A stretch of DNA of 63,905 bases, counting the filler, from Octopus bimaculoides (taxonomy: Eukaryota), in the NCBI RefSeq assembly GCF_001194135.2. It is 6 parts of 6 records of this genome, joined end to end, with 100 filler letters (N's around TTAATTAATTAA, not from the genome) between each part and the next. Parts side by side here need not be neighbours in the genome. Positions count along the whole stretch, not along the records: positions 6,448 to 28,079 come from NC_069003.1; 5 more parts are not named here. One strand, given 5' to 3'. Shown piece by piece: positions 13,375 to 25,325 of the stretch; the first letter of the stretch is position 1, and each line of letters begins with the position of its first letter. The notes below the pieces were generated by a model, which was not told the DNA's origin, made no database searches, and saw only the letters and a program-made list of their open reading frames with translations. Made by a program: the position numbers and the translations under genes.

Positions 13375-13995
13375 TTCGCTGACATGCGTGGGTCTTCTCT
13401 AGAACTTCATATCACCAGACGTTTCGGTCCATTGTCATTTCCTCTGTGAAGCCCAATATCCTGAGATCAGTCTTTATCACTTCGTCCTACGTCTTCCTTG
13501 GTCTCCATCTTCCGTGGGTACCATCCAGTTTCAGTGATCAGCATTTCTTTCTACAGTTGTCCTCATTCATACGCTTCACATGTCCAAACCAACGTAGTCT
13601 TCTCTCTTACATGCTACATTGATTCCTATTATGCCCAAATTTTCTCTCAATACATTTGCACTTTCAATACATGTGCACATCCAACAGAGCATACTACCTT
13701 CATTTCTCTCCAGTCTACACAGGTCTTCTGCATTCAGAACCCATGTCTCACTATCATGGAGTATAGCCGCTCACACACAAGCATCATACAGTATACCTTT
13801 CACTCTGAGAGAAAGTCCTTTTGTGGCCAACAGAGGTAGTAGTTCTCTGAACTTCCTCACCCAATTCTTATTCTAGAAACAATACTTTCAGAGCATCCTC
13901 CACCATTGCTAATTTGGTCACTTAGGTAACAGAAATTATCTACAAACTCAAGAGAGCCTCCTGGGCATTTGAGAGAATCTAAGTCTCGTGTGCTC
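13375..13995 (-). mobile_element. RTE LINE RT C-terminal fragment (its 3' UTR probably extends to ~12590)
   Basis: Minus-strand VDNFCYLSDQI, KFRELLPLL, LYDACV, RLRWFGHVKRM, GRPRKT*DEVIKTDL...DRNVW; degraded. Confidence 0.85.
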
Positions 13996-14206
13996 TTAAT
14001 ATGTGTGTGTGTGTGTATGCATGTATGTATGTATGTATGTGTAGAAATGATTGAGATTCAGTTGAATTAGGTACTTAAGTTGAAGCACCAAATCAGTGCG
14101 ATATTATCCATACAACTGAAAGTAAGGTGAATAAAATCAAAATAAGCAACAGGATATCAAGAGGTGTTGATATCCTGTTGCTTCTTTTGATATATGTATG
14201 TATGTA

Positions 14207-14266
<60 letters not shown>

Positions 14267-14269
<3 letters not shown>

Positions 14270-14519
14270 GGTGCGATGGATAAATTGTTGCCACTTTATA
14301 TTTATAAATTTGCGCATGTGCATTGGTTTTGATTTTGTTGACTATACAGTATTGTAGGGTCAGTTGGGCACTGTCTAAGAAAATTCACTCAGCAAGAAAT
14401 TTACTCTTTAGTATTTCAAGATATTTTTATGTAATTTTGGTAAATATATCTTTAAATGAGATGTCAGCGTTATCTTTATTTTTGTATAATTTAGATGACA
14501 GTTTATTCACCACACCCTG
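14267..14519. mobile_element. Tc1/mariner-type MITE
   Basis: Degenerate TIRs CAGGGTGCGATGGATAAATTGT and (rc) CAGGGTGTGGTGAATAAACTGT; TA on the left side. Confidence 0.55.
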
Positions 14520-14990
14520 TGTATATGAGAAGAGGGAAAGAGATAACGTAGGTAGTGTAAAATCCAAAGTGTGTCCTTTTACAATCCCGTATACAAACCA
14601 CATGGCTTTATTCAAATGTAAATTTTGTATCATTTGATTCTCTGTCTGAAGCATTTCTAATAGGAAATTTCTTACATGTTTATCCAACCCTAATCCTAAC
14701 CCTATTAGTAAATGAAACATATGTAATGGTGAAAAGATACCAAAAAGTTTTCCACCTTGCTGTTTTGTTATATGTATCATCATCATCATCATCATCCCTC
14801 TCCTCCTACTCCTTTGATGTCCATTCTCTATGAGTTGGACAGTTTGACCACAGCTGGCAAGCAGGAGAGCTGCACCAGGTCCCAGTTTGATTTGGCTTCG
14901 TTTCTATGGCCAGATGCCCTTCCTAATGCCAGCTACTTTACAGTGTTTGTTGGGTGCTTTTGATGTGGCACTAATATAAGCAATATATAT

Positions 14991-15149
14991 CATCATCATC
15001 GTCATTTAACGTCCGCTTTCCATGCTAGCATGGGTTGGACGATTTGACTGAGGACTGGTGAAACCAGATGGCAACACCAGGCTCCAATCTGATTTGGCAG
15101 AGTTTCTACAGCTGGATGCCCTTCCTAACGCCAACCACTCCGAGAGTGT
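14991..15149 (-). mobile_element. RTE LINE 3'-UTR stub (near-identical copy at ~16695-16859; older copies near 9790, 11520, 14790, 27530)
   Basis: Reverse complement of the 23.9-24.07 kb LINE tail with a (CAT)n end. Confidence 0.8.
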
Positions 15150-15255
15150 ATATATACACATATTATATACATATATACAGTGAATGTGTTTTTACTAAAA
15201 ATATATATATTTGCAAGGGTTTGACATGCATTTTCAGCCAGCTGGTTTTTGCTAC

Positions 15256-15298
15256 TTCAGGCTGATGATGAGCAATGACTCAGAAACATGTCCCTGAA
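15256..15298 (+). ncRNA. Minimal type-I hammerhead ribozyme (Penelope/retrozyme type)
   Basis: ttcagg-CTGATGA-tgag(caatga)ctca-GAAA-CATG-TC-cctgaa: 6-bp helix I (15256-61 with 15293-98), intact core, 4-bp helix II, palindromic ACATGT helix III, GUC cleavage triplet (cut after 15292). Confidence 0.8.
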
Positions 15299-15715
15299 TG
15301 CATACTGTCAAGGCCGACAGGAAGGGGTCCAGCTTCCTCGGGCTAAATAGCAGCAGTATGATTCCCTTATTGGGACTGTCACATTAAGTTGACAGTATAC
15401 AACTGCTTTATCGTAACACTGCTGCTTAATTCTCTCTGTGAGATTTATAATTAGATCATTTCTAATTATATATATATATACATACATACATACATATGTA
15501 TACTTACACATACATACATATATATATACATATATGAGTGTGTGTGTCTTTGTGTCTGTTTCCGCCCTCCCCACCCCCAATCACCACTTGACAATTGGTG
15601 TTGGTGTGTTTATGTCCCCATAACTTAGCAGTTTGGCAAAAGAGAAGGATAACCCATGCCACCATGGAAGACAGACATTAAATGATGATGACGACAGTGA
15701 TGATATAAGTGTGTG

Positions 15716-15749
<34 letters not shown>

Positions 15750-17626
15750 CTAGCAGAAGACTGCTAGTGTGTGTATACAAATATATATATATACCAGCAG
15801 AAGACTGCCTTCTGTGCAATTTTTCTGCTCGTCAAACCTGGAGTGTGTGTGTGCTTATATTAGAGAGACAAGTGTGTGTGTGAGAGAGAAAGTGAGGAGA
15901 GAGAACATTGCAAACAATGAATGAAATAAACATGAAATGAAAAAAATCGTATAAATAAAAGTTCATTAAAAACTATCTTGGACCAAATGTTTAGATTTAT
16001 GAACTTGAAATATTCAATAATAAAAGGAAGTTCAGAAAGTAAATTTTCCTGAAAACTTCAATTTATTAAAAATCTCACTTGCTTAGTAAATATTTTGATA
16101 ATTTGTCATGGTTGTAATATATCTGTAATTTAAACAAACTTCAAGGTTTAGCATGCTAGAAATAGCAGCGATCACATAGTTATTATTGTTAGGCATATAG
16201 TGTTCCAAACAGCCATACCAACAAAATCAGTTCTTAATTTCTTTTTATGGTATATCAAAAACTTTTCATTTTATCATAAATAAGCCCCAAAGTCAAACAG
16301 CTATTTTCTCTAATAGCATTCATTCATTCAATAAATAATTTTTTTACATTACATTTATTGAATATAAAGTATGTGTTTTGCCAATAGCGAATTTAATCTT
16401 AAAATGAAAACATTGAAATGAATATATATTAAATTATCATAAATGAAAATAGAGGCAAGAGAGAGTGAGAGATTGTTGCAAATGAAAAAGGAAAATTTCG
16501 CCTGCAACAAATTAATATTGTTTATTAAATCTACTCTGCAGTGAATGCAATGAATATTTAGATTTATGAAAAACTTGTAGTTCAAATATTCAATAACCTT
16601 CAGAAATCCAAACTACAGGAAATTTCTTGGAACATGAATTTCTAAAAAAATTTCCAGAGTCATTCAATGATTGCTTTCTATTTGTAACTGTTACATCATC
16701 ATCATCATCATCGTTTAACGTCCTCTTTTCACGCTAGCATGGGTTGGACGATTTGACTGAGGACTGGTGAAACCAGATGGCAACACCAGGCTCCAATCTG
16801 ATTTGGCAGAGTTTCTACAGCTGGATGCCCTTCCTAACGCCAACCACTCCAAGAGTGTAGGCGTTACATACCTAATTAATAAGCAGCTTTCTCCATTATA
16901 ATATAGGTACGTTTATGAATTTGTTTTGTAAGGTTCCTGATGTGAAAGTGTGTGTTGAAACATATTGTTATATTTCAGGATGGTCATTTTTTTTTCCTGC
17001 CAAATAAATACACACACTATATAATCATTCTTCACTTGTTTATTATTGTTCCTGTTTTATTTTATGTCCATTGCCTAGAAATCTTGTCACACACATGTGA
17101 CCTCTGCAACAACTCTTTGACCTTATGTGTAACCACCTGTTCTGTTTAGTCCATTCTCTAAACAGAGCAGGACAATACACAAATAGAGAATGGATTAAAC
17201 AGAGCAGAAGGATACTCATGGGATGGAAGAGTTGCTGAAGAGATCATATATGTGACAAAAGATTTCCAGACAACTGACATAAGATAAAATAAGAACAATG
17301 ATAAATGAGTGAAGAACAAATATATAGTGCATGTGTTTATTTGGCAGGAAAAAGAAAGAAAAAAATGACCCTCCTGAAACGTATCTATAGTCTCACAAAG
17401 CTTTGATTGACCTCTTGTAGGAGAAGACAGGGGGACTGCTCCCAGAGAATTTTTGTCAATGAAATTCACTCATAAAATTTTGATTGGCCTAGTGCTATAC
17501 TAGAAAATACTTGTCCAAGGTGCCATACTGCGAGATTGAACTCCAAACCACATAATTGCAAAATGAGCTACTTAACCACATAGCTACACCTGTACTTATA
17601 CATACATACATACATACATATATATA

Positions 17627-18872
17627 TATTTGGTCATGTCATAAATAATGTTTTTATACTTCTTTTATTTTTCAAAATTATGATAATGAAGTTCTTTTTT
17701 AATCTAAAATATACTCTCCTTCATTTTCTACAATGCTCTTCCGATTATCTGGTATACTTGCAAGGCCCCTCTTCCAAAATTCACTTGTCTGTGACAAAAA
17801 ATACTCCTCCAGCACTGTTCTGACCTCATCTACAGAATTAATATTTTTTCCATCCAAATGATTTTGGGATGGGACAATGTCTGACGAATATGTTGGATGG
17901 AGCATCATTTCCCATTCAAACTGCTCCAGCCTTTAGAATGTCATCCTCGCTGTATGTAGCTGAGCATTATTCTGATGGAGGAACACCTTTCATCTTGAAA
18001 CCAAAGATGATCGTTTTTCTTCTAGCACTGACTCAAGCTGCTCACAGTAGATCTCCTTTGTTATCATTTGGTTTGGGTTTAAAAGTTCAAAGTGGACTTA
18101 ACCTTTCACATCCCACCAAACAGGTAACAAAACCATAAGTAGGTGAAGACCTTCGTTAGTCCGGGGTGCTGGTGTTTCTCCTTTCCCTACCTACTATCTT
18201 CAGCACTTGACATTTTTATAGAGAACCCATTTCTCATCACCAGTCACTATTCAGTCCAAAAAAGGTTCATTTGTGGGATGTGAGAATAAAGAAGAGCACA
18301 CATACACTTTCTGCATGTGATTAGACTTTTGAGGAACCCATTGACCCAATTTGCTGTCTTTTCTGATGGCATGCAGGTGCCGATGAATAGTTGAATGACC
18401 AAACTCAAGCTTCTTTGCTAGTTGCTCAACAGTTACAATGAGATTTTGTTCCACCAGGGTTTGTAGGATGTCCTCGTCGAGCTCTACAGATCTTCCAGGA
18501 TGAGGCTTGTCTTCTAGGCTGTAGTTTCTGGCTCAGAATTTCTGGAACCACCGTTGACACTGGCTTACGCTGATTGTCTAAGCACCATATACTACATTAA
18601 TATTCTTTGCGCTTTCCATTGCGTTGTTGCCTTTATTGAACTCATAAAGCAAAATATGCCAAATATGCTCCTTTGTCACTTCCATTATAGCTTTGAAAAA
18701 ATAACTGTTAAGATCAAACTGCACTTTTCAAAACTTGCTCTAAGAATAAGTACAAGTTAAAATTACTACCTGCTTTTATGGCAATATGATGCAGGTAGTT
18801 TATCTTTCCTCCTCTGACTTTTAGTTCATGCAATTGAAAAAAAACACATTATTTATAAGATGACCCAATCTA
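17627..18872 (-). mobile_element. Full-length fossil mariner (~1.25 kb, both TIRs, transposase pseudogene 18685 to ~17700)
   Basis: TIRs TATTTGGTCATGTCATAAATAATG and (rc) TAGATTGGGTCATCTTATAAATAATG. Minus-strand MEVTKEHIWHILLYEFNKG...QRWFQKF*...LEDKPHPGRS, GQWVPQ, LHPTYSSDIVPS (YSPDLAP motif), FWKRGL...IVENEGEYILD; several stops. Confidence 0.9.
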
Positions 18873-19142
18873 TATAATATGTATATTCTCTCTTTTATCT
18901 TTTATTTGTTTCAGTCATTAGACTGTGGCCATGCTGGGGCACCACCTTGAAGGATTTTAGTCAAATGAATCAACTCCAGTATTTATATTATTTTTTTTTC
19001 AAGCCTAGTATTTATTTTATCAGTCTTTTTTGCCAAACTGCTAAGTTATGGGGTTGTAAACACACCAGCACTGGTTGTCAAGTGGTGATGAGGGGACAAA
19101 CACATACACAAAGACATACACACATACACACTCACAGATATA

Positions 19143-19202
<60 letters not shown>

Positions 19203-19221
19203 NNNNNNNNNNTTTAAAATA

Positions 19222-19391
19222 CTGCTTTTTCCAAAAATAAGCCCATGGGTTTAAATACAGACTTAAATAATTTTGCTTAAATAATTTTTTTCTGAAAATA
19301 ATAAAAATGACTGGGGCTATACATGAAAAGAGTTGCTGAATATAAGCTCATAAGTTTAAAATCGGATGTACTTATTTTTGGAAAAACCCAG
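19222..19391. mobile_element. Tc1/pogo-type MITE
   Basis: TA-flanked TIRs CTGCTTTTTCCAAAAATAAG and (rc) CTGGGTTTTTCCAAAAATAAG. Confidence 0.55.
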
Positions 19392-21295
19392 TAATGCTTT
19401 TATAATTTTTGTTTTAACAAAATATAGTAAATTTTTAAAATGTTGTTCTCGGCTGCAATATTTTAAGTACATAGAATTTTAATTTTAAGTACTTTTTTAG
19501 TTTCCTTTAGAGATGACAAATTAGGCAAATTCTACTGTAGAAATATTGTTCTGTACTTTTCCAGGTGTAATAACATGCATGCACCCACATTTTTCATTGT
19601 AATATCTATAACGTTATATACATGCCTATGTATATAAATATTGACAGATAGGAATAGAGAGAGATAGAGAAGTGAATGGTGTGTGTGGATTTTAGTCATG
19701 GTGAGTGAAACTAAAGAAAAAGAGGTTTGTGGAAACATGGAAAGACAGAAGTGGACAGTGTATGTGTGTGTGTATGAGAGAGAGAGAGAGAGACAGAGAG
19801 TGGGGAGAGAGAGAAAGAGAGAGAGAGAAACAAAGACAGAGAGAGCTGGAGGGTGGAAAAAGGCATGAGAGATGGTAGAGGAGGAAGGAATGAAAATAGA
19901 GTGGAATATAAAAAAAGAAAGGGTTTGTGTATGCGTGTGTGTGTGTGTGTCTGTGTCTGTCTGTGTGACATGGATTCCTTAAATACTTGAAAAACAGCAG
20001 GGACATAACAAACTAATATTGTTGGGTATATATATATACACACACACACAATACTGAGCATACACATACAAATTATAGGATATATATACAAATACAGAAT
20101 TACTGGGTATATACAAATACACACAGAGTTACTGGGTAGATATAAACACACTTAATTATTGGGTATATATAAATACATAATTACTAGGTATACATTAGCA
20201 CACAAAACAGGGTATATACAAACACATAGTTACTGGATTTATATGTAAATACACATTGTTGTGTATATACAAATACACATAATACTTGGTATATATAAAT
20301 ATACAAGCAATATGTAAATAAGAATATACATTGTCCATTGCTTTCAGCAGATCCTTCACTAAGTAGGCCGTTCTCTGGCCTGATCTCTGCAATATCTCAC
20401 TATTCATGTTGGGCAAATAAGTAGCTGAGTATTCCAGAGACAAAGTACACTCAATGGATTACCCAGGCAAAAATCAGTTACGTTACATGGGGTGTAATAA
20501 AGCTGGACTCGTGAATTACATGTATTGTTCATCCATTGCACTCTTAACATGGTTTCTGTTGACCCAGCTTCACTCAAGTGTTGGCCAGGGCTATGCTTGC
20601 CCAAGATGCCACAAGGCAGGATAGAACTTGGAGCATCTTGATTGCAAAGTAAATACTTTAACCACTTGACCATGGTTTAAGCACACACGCACACATTCAC
20701 TACAACACACACATATACACACTTATAATGCATACACAGACATACACTCTCTCTCTCTCTCTCTCATATATAATGGATATATACACATATATATTCAATC
20801 ACTACATATAACATATATCTTTTATCTTTTACTTGTTTCAGTCAGTAGACTGTGGCCATGCTAAAGCACCACCTTAAAGAATTTTTAGTCAAATGAATCA
20901 ACCCCACTACTTGTTTTTTTAAAGCCTGTTACTTACTCTATTGGTCTCTTTAGGGGATGTAAACACACCAACACTGGTTGTTAAACAGTAGCAGGGGACA
21001 AACACAGACACAAACACATCTATCACATAGTTTCCATCTATCACTCATAAGGCTTTAGCTGGCCTGAGGCTATAGAAAACACTTGCCTAAGGTGCCATGA
21101 TATAAGACTAAACCTGAGACCATGGGGTCGGGAAGCAAGCTTCTTACTGTATGGCACTCTATCACACAAACACATATGTACACATAATGTAATCACACAG
21201 ACATTCAATGCAAACAAACACTGAATTGACACAATGCGTGCACACGTGTGCATACACACACACACACACACCAAGGTTCATACGATGTATAAAAC

Positions 21296-21335
<40 letters not shown>

Positions 21336-21997
21336 TGAATAAGAATAGAGAAGAGATATAAATGAAGAGAGAGAAAAAAGAGAAAATGAAAGAGAAAAAG
21401 AAAAGCAAGGTTATGAAAAAGTGAAGGAGAGAAATCTGAGACAAACGAGACATGATAGCTAGACAGACAGTCAGACAAACAGGTAGACAGACAAACAACC
21501 AGACAGACAGTAAGATATGTGAGTTACTTTCTCCATTTAATAATGTTAGGTGCATGTGCATGGCTTAATAGTTAGGATACTTGGCTTTTGGATGTAAGAT
21601 CATGAGTTCAATTCCTGGCAGCCCATTGTGTCCTTGAGCAAGACTCTTTAGTTCACATTGCTCCAGCCCACTCAGTTAGCAAAAATTAGTTGTACCTGCT
21701 ATATTTCAAAGGGCCAGCCTTGTTACATTCTGTGTCATGCTGAATCTCTCTGACAATTATGTTAAGGTTATACATGTCTGTGGAGTACTCAGCCACTAGC
21801 ACATTAATTTCACAAGCAGGCTGTTCTGTTGATAAGATAAACTGAAACACTTGTCACTGAAAGTGATGAAGTGCCAGTTAAATGTTATTATTGACATCAA
21901 TGGAAAAGAAACTGTCATGGATTTAGTAACAGACAGGAACAAAGAAAAAAAGAAACAAACAAAAAGAGTAAATCAGAAAGAGGAGGGTTCCACTTAC

Positions 21998-22149
21998 CAT
22001 TTGTGATGTTGTCCTTTAAAAACTGGAATTCTTTGTCCCAGTCCACGGTGAATCGTTTGACTAGGAGAAATGCATTGACTGGATTACCAACAAAGTGATC
22101 CGGATTTTCCAGAGCAAAAGTACTGTGCCTGTCGTAATCCTCAGCAACG
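21998..22149 (-). CDS. P4HA: Prolyl 4-hydroxylase alpha subunit, N-terminal domain exon (VAEDYDRHSTFALENPDHFVGNPVNAFLLVKRFTVDWDKEFQFLKDNITN)
   Basis: 152 bp, ttttacAG acceptor and GTAAGT donor on the minus strand, phase 2 to 1. The GNPVNAFLLVKR..W motif matches the conserved GHPVNAFKLMKR..W of P4HA N-terminal domains. Confidence 0.93.
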
Positions 22150-22226
22150 CTGTAAAATATGCCAAACAGAAAAGAATTACCAAACAGAACCACCACACAC
22201 TTGTTCCTATTTACTACATTCATCTC

Positions 22227-22265
<39 letters not shown>

Positions 22266-22266
22266 C

Positions 22267-22297
<31 letters not shown>

Positions 22298-22329
22298 AAT
22301 ATATATAAGTATATGCACAAATATATACA

Positions 22330-23003
22330 GTGACCAGTAAATTCCACCGTGGTAAATTCCACCATGGAAAATGTCACCATAGGTAAATTCCACCATGTCG
22401 TATATTTCACCTTAGATAAATTTCACTATAGGTGAAATTATCATCATTATTATTATCATTATTATTATTATCATTATTATCATTATCAAATCATCATTTA
22501 GGAGGGTTCCACAATGCTTTGCGCTCATCACTAACATCCACACATCCAAATTTGTGGGAACTGTGCACTGCCCTTAAGTCTGAGGAAGGATTAAGCCAGA
22601 CAAAAATTGCACACATTTGATGTGGAGACTCAACAACAACAAAAAAGACTTATCAAATTATTGATGCATGACTGAAGAAGCTAGTTCAGGAATATCAAAA
22701 TGAAAACCCTCTGCAGTTTTTAAGAAGTATTGCACACAGTTTGTCTTAAGAAATTTTTTAAATAAATCAAACTTTCTTATCCTAACTCTGCTTCACAATG
22801 TAATAGCTGTTATCTTTTATCCTATTGTTATGATAAAATGTGTGCTAAAATTTAATCTTTTCTTTCTTTATCCCAAATTATATTATTTTTGAAATTTTGT
22901 GATTAGTTTTTTGTCATAGATTTTTGTTCCAAGGGAATACATTAAAGTGATCCCATCTCAATTCAAGTAGATTATAAAGGTTATTTTCTATCTCCCCTTC
23001 AGA

Positions 23004-23090
<87 letters not shown>

Positions 23091-23264
23091 CTTAAGATTT
23101 GAGAGATAGATTAAATAACATAGGTATTGACCCATGGTCTAGAGAAACTGACCATGGTGATTATTAGCAGGTGGAATTTACCATGGTGGAATTTACCTAT
23201 GGTGAAATTTACCTGGTGCAATTTTCCATGGCGGAATTTACCACAGTGGAATTTATCTAGAACC
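22330..23264 (+). mobile_element. Non-autonomous MULE (Mutator-like) derivative with arrayed TIRs
   Basis: Both ends carry inverted arrays of ~15-bp GGTAAATTCCACCAT units. The internal stretch NHHLGGFHNALRSSLTSTHPNLWELCTALKSEE...Y..NPLQFLRSIAHSL resembles a MULE transposase C-terminus. Confidence 0.7.
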
Positions 23265-23309
23265 ATATATATATACATATATGTAAATATATGTGTAATG
23301 TCAGTGTGC

Positions 23310-24068
23310 ATACACAACAGAGTGTAAGCGCCCTGAGAGAAAAGTTGGATATAAGAGGCATCAAACGTGGTGTGCAAGAGAGATAACTGCACTGGTATAG
23401 TCATGTGTTACGTAAGGATGAGGACAGCTGTGTGAAGTGTCACACCCTAACAGTGGAAGGAACCTGTGGAAGAGGTAATCCCAGGAAGACATGGGATGAG
23501 GTGGTAAAGCATGACCTTTGAACGTTGGGCTTCACAAAGGCAATGACAGGAGGCCGAGACCTTTGGAGATATGCTGTTAGTGAGAAGACTTGGCAACTAA
23601 AGTGAGATCGCAGCCATGGCTGATGTCTGGCCCATTGAAGAGTACCCCTAATATGCCAGGTGATATGATATGCTTGAGAAGACCTGTTGAGTAAAGTAAA
23701 ACCAAAGTCTTAGTTGTGGGCAGTGCCCTTGAGTGGCTCCCATGCCAGTGGCACATAAAAAGTACCATCCAAACATGAGCGATGCCAGTGCCTCCTGACT
23801 GGCTCCCGTACCGGTGGCACATAAAAAGCACCATCCAAACGTGACCAGTGCCAGTACCTCCTGACTGGCTCCTGTGCCGGTGGCACGTAAAAAGCACCTG
23901 CTACACTCTCGAAGTGGTAGATGTTAGGAAGGGCATCCAGCTGTAGAAACACTGCCAGATCAGATTGGAGCTTGGTGCAGCTGCTGGCTTTCCAGATCTC
24001 AGTCAAACCATCCAACCCATGCCAGCATGGAAAATGGACGTTAAATGGTGATGATAATAATGATGATG
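23310..24068 (+). mobile_element. 5'-truncated RTE LINE with complete 3' UTR
   Basis: SALREKLDIRGI...LHWYSHVLRKDED...GRGNPRKTWDEVVKHDL...RDLWRYAV, then a UTR with three ~65-bp tandem units and the GGAAGGGCATCCAGCTGTAGAAAC...GGACGTTAAA(TGA)n tail. Confidence 0.88.
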
Positions 24069-24084
24069 TATGCATATGCAGATT

Positions 24085-24400
24085 TAAGGAAGAATGTTAT
24101 GATCAAGAAGGTGAATCTCAGCGATTTTTTTGTGTGCACAGTTTGTGACAGACCATGCCTTTCTTTCTTTTGCTGGGCTCAAATCTCATTTGTGAACCCA
24201 TGTAAAACAAATCTCCACCAATTATTCTGCCTATATGTCTGTGTACACCTTTCAATGCAATGTATGCCAGAAGGTTTGCAAATCTCACAGAGGCCTCAAA
24301 AAACACTTTAAGATCCACAAAGATCAGAACTTATCTGCAGTTCTTGGTGGTCCAAATCGGATATGCAATCTGTGTGGGTGTCTTTTGAAAACATTGTCTG
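24085..24400 (+). pseudogene. Decayed tandem C2H2 zinc-finger stretch
   Basis: CTVCDRPCLS/FAGLKSHL*TH (frameshift and stop), CNVCQKVCKSHRGLKKHFKIH, then CNLCGCLLKT (truncated). Confidence 0.65.
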
Positions 24401-24489
24401 TTAAAAATTCGTTTGTTGGATTATTTTTTTTCTGAAAATTTATTGAACTGTTGATTTGCCCATTGCTGGGCGTTACTTTATTATTTTTT

Positions 24490-25325
24490 AAAATTTTGTC
24501 AATTGTGACAAATCACTCGAATTAGTGGTACAAGCTGCTAATGAAACTTTAGAAAATTTGCCTGATAGAGTGTTTGTAGGGCAGGAGCTCTCCATGAGAA
24601 TAGCCATAGAGGGACGTTGGCCCAGATGCTTCAAGTGTGGAGAGAAGGGCCACGTCCGCTCTGGGTGTACGAAAAACAAAAAAGAAAATGAGGCCCCTCC
24701 CTAAAAAGCGGCAAAAGAAGTAAAAGCGGCGGAAAAACCTGAAAACACAATAGGAAAAAAAACAGAAAAAGTGGAAAAGAAAAAGTCACAGAGAAAAAAG
24801 ACACAAGCGAAGATATGGACTTCACTACTGTAAAGTCCCAGACTCCCCTCCCCAAACAAAAAAATTATCGAAGCATTCAGACACACATAACTAAACTCCC
24901 CAATCCAGTCCCACAGTAAAACAATTTGCCAAACCCCTCCCCAAAACACATGGAAAAAAAGACAAAATAATAGCCTTCAGAGAAAAAAAAAAACAGGTAT
25001 TAAACACAATCATTAGAACACACCATAAAGTAAGAGTTTACTAAGTATCAAAAGACAATGAAACTGATGTTTGATTTGCAAAAATGGAGGAAACTTTATA
25101 TACGGAGCTTAAAGCACACTACTCAGATGACATTAGAGATGTGAGTGTGGAAGTGGCTGAGGGCAAGTTAATTGTTAGCCCAGCAGCCACACCAAGGGAG
25201 AGCCCTACGGCGACACCATCGAAAAGCCCAGCGACCACACCAAATAAAGAGAAAGATGGGGAGGCAGGTGGAGTTGTGCAGCCTCTCCCCAAATTGAAGC
25301 CTACTTTTGGTTTATCATCCTGTGT
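24490..25325 (+). pseudogene. Decayed LINE ORF1/gag-like ORF with CCHC zinc knuckle
   Basis: MRIAIEGRWPR-CFKCGEKGHVRSGC, then a K/E-rich tract and DFTTVK; internal stops; no ORF2 follows. Confidence 0.7.

Noticed and set aside
23740-23900. Regularly spaced repeats resembling a CRISPR array
   Set aside because: Eukaryotic LINE 3'-UTR tandem units with no unique spacers.
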